This document shows positions 61,228-64,000 of a stretch of 64,000 nucleotides of DNA, in pieces. The number at the start of each line of letters is the position of its first letter. The first letter of the stretch is position 1. The notes below the pieces were generated by a model that was not told where the DNA came from, did no database searches, and saw nothing but the letters and a program-made list of their open reading frames with translations. The position numbers were made by a program, and so were the translations under genes. Source of the stretch: an uncultured Pelagibacteraceae bacterium (GTDB lineage: Bacteria; Pseudomonadota; Alphaproteobacteria; Pelagibacterales; AG-422-B15); the NCBI GenBank assembly GCA_902605215.1, contig CACLBX010000001.1:35504-99503 (forward strand). The letters run 5' to 3'.

Positions 61228-62208
61228 ATGGATAATCGAGATTTAAACCTTCATAGATTTGTTATCAATTGTGGGTTTAAAAAGGAAGATATTATTTCTA
61301 TTAAAAACGATGCCTCCTTTAGAAAATATTATCGTATCAAAAATAAAAATTTAATTGTTATGGATGCACCTCCTGAGAAAGGAGAGTCAGTTGAACAATT
61401 TAAAACTGTAGCTGATATAATTCATGCCTTTAATCTAAGTGCACCACAAATAATATCTTTTGATACAAAACATGGATTTATGTTACTAGAAGATTTTGGG
61501 CAAACATCATTTTCGCACATTCTTAATAAAGATAACGAGAGTGAACTATACAAAAAAGCTATTGAAGTATTAATAGAAATAAATCGACAATCAAAAAGTA
61601 AAGAAAAACAACTTAGTAAATTAAAAAGCTATTCTATAGAATTACTAGTAAATGAGTCATTGTTATTTATAGATTGGTATCTAGAAAAAAGAGAAGGTGT
61701 GTTGATTAGTAGTGATCAAAAAAAAGAGTTCATTCACATTTTAAATGATTTTTATAAAAATATAAAACCACAATCATCGACTTTGGTATTAAGAGACTAT
61801 CACGTAGATAATTTATTTTATTTAAGTAATCAAAAGTCTTTAAAGCAGGTTGGTTTAATTGATTTCCAAGATGCCGTAATTGGATCCTCCATATATGATT
61901 TAGTGTCCTTACTTGAGGATGTAAGAAGGCCACTCAAGACAGATTTACAAAACGAATTGTTAGAATTTTACATAAAAGGTATAAACATTAAAGTTCAGGA
62001 TGTAGAGCGCGAAATAAAGTTCTTTTCAATACAGAGAAATTTAAAAATATTAGGTATTTTTTATAGACTTTCCATAAGAGATAAAAAAGATAGTTATCTA
62101 AAATATTTGCCAAATGCAGTAAAACTTATAAGAAAAAATTTACAAGATCCATTTTTTATTAATCTTGTAAATTGGCTAAAGCAATTTAAAAATCACGAAC
62201 TAATATGA
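61228..62208 (+). CDS. aminoglycoside-phosphotransferase-fold kinase, AmgK-like (anomeric MurNAc/GlcNAc kinase candidate)
   Basis: 326 aa. Catalytic loop LRDYHVDNLFY and metal site LIDFQDA. Conserved tsaE-kinase-nucleotidyltransferase order. Confidence 0.65.
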   Translation: MDNRDLNLHRFVINCGFKKEDIISIKNDASFRKYYRIKNKNLIVMDAPPEKGESVEQFKTVADIIHAFNLSAPQIISFDTKHGFMLLEDFGQTSFSHILNKDNESELYKKAIEVLIEINRQSKSKEKQLSKLKSYSIELLVNESLLFIDWYLEKREGVLISSDQKKEFIHILNDFYKNIKPQSSTLVLRDYHVDNLFYLSNQKSLKQVGLIDFQDAVIGSSIYDLVSLLEDVRRPLKTDLQNELLEFYIKGINIKVQDVEREIKFFSIQRNLKILGIFYRLSIRDKKDSYLKYLPNAVKLIRKNLQDPFFINLVNWLKQFKNHELI

Positions 62209-62900
62209 TTGATACTGCAATAATTCTAGCTGCAGGCCTTGGGAAAAGAATGAGAGAATTTGATCCTGTTATTCCTAAACCATTAATTAAGGTCAAAAAT
62301 AAGCCATTCATCCAATACGCAATCGATTTACTTAATGAAATTAGAGCCAAAAAAATAATCATAAACGTTCACTATAAGTCAGATGAGATACTGAAATTTA
62401 TAAAAAACTTAAGTCAAAATAATATCATAGTCTCCGATGAGTCAGATTTACTTTTAGATACTGGAGGCGGTATAAAGAAAATATTTGATAAATATAATAT
62501 TAACAAATCTCTGGTTCTGAATAGCGATGTTATATGGAGTGATTCAGATAAGGAATTAATTGTAGATATGATAAATAGCTATCCGAAAGAAGCTGAAGCA
62601 TTCATAGGTTTGGTGCCTAAAAAAAATATTAGAGGGTTCAAAGGTAAAGGTGATTTTTGTATATTAAAGAACAATAATTTAATAAGATATGATGCAAGTT
62701 CTGAGCCATATATTTATATCGGCGCTCAAATTATCAGTAAAAATGCATTTAACGGCATAGAAAAAGATGTATTTTCCGTTAATGAAGCTTGGAACTCATG
62801 TATTAATAAAAAAACCCTGAAGGGATACCAATTTAATACAAATGCACTACATTTAGGAACAGCTGAATTATTAAAAGAATATTTAATAGATGATAAATAA
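62205..62900 (+). CDS. sugar-1-phosphate nucleotidyltransferase, MurU-like
   Basis: 231 aa with N-terminal AIILAAGLGKRMRE..PKPLI. ATGA overlap with the kinase gene. Confidence 0.65.
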   Translation: MIDTAIILAAGLGKRMREFDPVIPKPLIKVKNKPFIQYAIDLLNEIRAKKIIINVHYKSDEILKFIKNLSQNNIIVSDESDLLLDTGGGIKKIFDKYNINKSLVLNSDVIWSDSDKELIVDMINSYPKEAEAFIGLVPKKNIRGFKGKGDFCILKNNNLIRYDASSEPYIYIGAQIISKNAFNGIEKDVFSVNEAWNSCINKKTLKGYQFNTNALHLGTAELLKEYLIDDK

Positions 62901-63492
62901 ATTATTTCAAACAACTGTAGTACTAATATTATTTTTTAATGTATTCAGTATTAGCTTCGCTGAAGATGATCAAAACCTAGCAAGTTTCATCATAAGAAAT
63001 TATGACACTGCAGCCCTTCCTACAGTTGGAAGTAGTGAAGCGGATTATACAATTATAGAGTTTTTTGATTATAGATGTGGATACTGTTCAAAGCAGGCCA
63101 ATGATTTTCAGAAGCTCTTAAACAATACAAATAATGTTAAAATTATTTATATGGAATGGCCAATATTTGGAGATATATCTGATACAGCCGCCAAGATTGC
63201 CCTTATTGTTTGGCAAAGATATCCCAATTTGTATTTTGAAGTCCATAATCAGTTTATGCAGCTTGGCCCAAAGATGAAAAAAGTAAGTATAGTCGATATA
63301 CTTAATAAGAATGAATTAAATGGTGAAGAAATATTTCAAGAGGCAATCAGTCAAAAGTCAAATGACATCATTGAGGCAAATATGAAATTAGCAAAGAGTC
63401 TTGGGCTTCGCGGAACACCTGCTTCGATTGTAAATGATTCTATCTACCCCGGTTATCTTCAATATAAGACGTTAGAAACATTAATTAAGTAA
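62890..63492 (+). CDS. DsbA-family thiol:disulfide oxidoreductase
   Basis: 200 aa. Signal-like N-terminus, thioredoxin active site FFDYRCGYCSKQ, and C-terminal GTPA (cis-Pro loop context). Confidence 0.72.
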   Translation: MINKLFQTTVVLILFFNVFSISFAEDDQNLASFIIRNYDTAALPTVGSSEADYTIIEFFDYRCGYCSKQANDFQKLLNNTNNVKIIYMEWPIFGDISDTAAKIALIVWQRYPNLYFEVHNQFMQLGPKMKKVSIVDILNKNELNGEEIFQEAISQKSNDIIEANMKLAKSLGLRGTPASIVNDSIYPGYLQYKTLETLIK

Positions 63493-63520
63493 TTATCAAA
63501 TATATTGTTTTAAGAACATA

Positions 63521-63549
63521 CTTGAAAATATCTGAGAATATACTTATTC
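63521..63549 (+). promoter_or_regulatory. candidate RpoH (sigma32)-type promoter CTTGAA-16 nt-CTTATTC upstream of hspQ
   Basis: Perfect -35 CTTGAAA at 63521-63527. The -10-like CTTATTC at 63543-63549 resembles the alphaproteobacterial CYTATNT element. I recall the spacing rule only approximately. Confidence 0.35.
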
Positions 63550-63558
63550 TTTTCTATA

Positions 63559-63885
63559 ATGATTAATAAAGCAAAATTTCAAATTGGTTCGATTGTAAAA
63601 CACAAGTATTTCGATTTTCGTGGTGTTATATTTGATGTTGATCCAGAATTTAATAACACTGAAGAATGGTATCAGTCAATACCTATGCAAGTTCGTCCAA
63701 GAAAAGATCAGCCATTTTATCATTTACTCGCTGAAGCCCCAAGTCAACCATCTTATGTTGCATACGTTTCTCAACAAAACTTATTAGTTGATGAGTCAGA
63801 CGACCCCGTAACACATCCATTATTAGAAGAGATGTTTGAGGGTATTAAAAACGGAAAATATATTTCCAAAGCGAAACATAATTAA
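63559..63885 (+). CDS. hspQ: heat shock protein HspQ (YccV, hemimethylated-DNA-binding domain)
   Basis: 108 aa: KFQIGSIVKHKYFDFRGVIFDVDPEF..QPFYHLLAE. Confidence 0.8.
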   Translation: MINKAKFQIGSIVKHKYFDFRGVIFDVDPEFNNTEEWYQSIPMQVRPRKDQPFYHLLAEAPSQPSYVAYVSQQNLLVDESDDPVTHPLLEEMFEGIKNGKYISKAKHN

Positions 63886-63897
63886 AATTATATCTAT

Positions 63898-64000
63898 ATG
63901 CGTGGTTCCTTAAAACAAGTATTTGAGCTCGGACCTTTAGTTGTATTCTTTTACTTTTTTATTAAAACAGGACAAATTCAAGAAGCTATACTTCCTTTGA
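63898..64000 (+). CDS. yciB: intracellular septation protein A (YciB/IspZ), N-terminal fragment cut by window edge
   Basis: My translation from the ATG at 63898 is MRGSLKQVFELGPLVVFFYFFIKTGQIQEAILPL. The ELGPLVVFF start is typical of YciB. Only 34 codons are visible. Confidence 0.55.
   Translation, partial: MRGSLKQVFELGPLVVFFYFFIKTGQIQEAILPL

Overview
This window is a 64-kb chromosomal segment from a visibly AT-rich, very tightly packed alphaproteobacterial genome. I call 61 protein-coding genes, with spacers often 0-60 nt and many 4-11 nt overlaps. I saw no rRNA, tRNA, CRISPR array, transposase, integrase or phage gene. Several classic alphaproteobacterial synteny blocks are present: murJ-trpS-usp-nfu; tsaB-fur-plsC-miaB-phoH-ybeY-corC-lnt-metK-trmB; nusA-infB-rbfA-truB-rpsO-pnp; purF; fabI-fabB-fabA divergent from irr; dut-coaBC-ubiB-ubiE divergent from mutM-rpsT-dnaA-dnaN-recF-gyrB; regB-regA; polA; pckA divergent from chvI-chvG-ahcY-tsaE-amgK-like-murU-like. 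Accessory regulators usually found in these blocks (rimP, ylxR, rimI, hprK/EIIA/NPr) are missing from their usual places. Together with the AT richness, this suggests a streamlined Pelagibacterales/SAR11-like organism; that is inference, since no database search was possible. Two genes missing from the ORF track were recovered by hand: a truncated maeB (1..1794, minus strand) and a 58-aa zf-CHCC zinc-finger ORF abutting polA. The best candidate for an undescribed system is at 28.2-31.1 kb. An Irr-type regulator is followed by a base-perfect iron control element (TTTAGAA-N3-TTCTAAA) and a second perfect 7-N3-7 palindrome. These sit in front of a three-gene module of unknown function: a rubredoxin-less rubrerythrin, a GlpC/HdrD-like CCG Fe-S oxidoreductase and a Cys-free DUF3501-like protein. 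The second candidate is at 45.3-50.4 kb: an unassigned diiron-carboxylate protein divergent from an MMPL/RND-type transporter across a spacer with a 26-bp imperfect palindrome, next to an ABC ATPase with no permease. Smaller observations include a promoter-plus-terminator leader before nusA, a cytidylyltransferase-cupin fusion coupled to polA, and an RpoH-like promoter before hspQ. All calls rest on reading the supplied translations and the DNA by eye. No BLAST, HMM or statistical computation was run.
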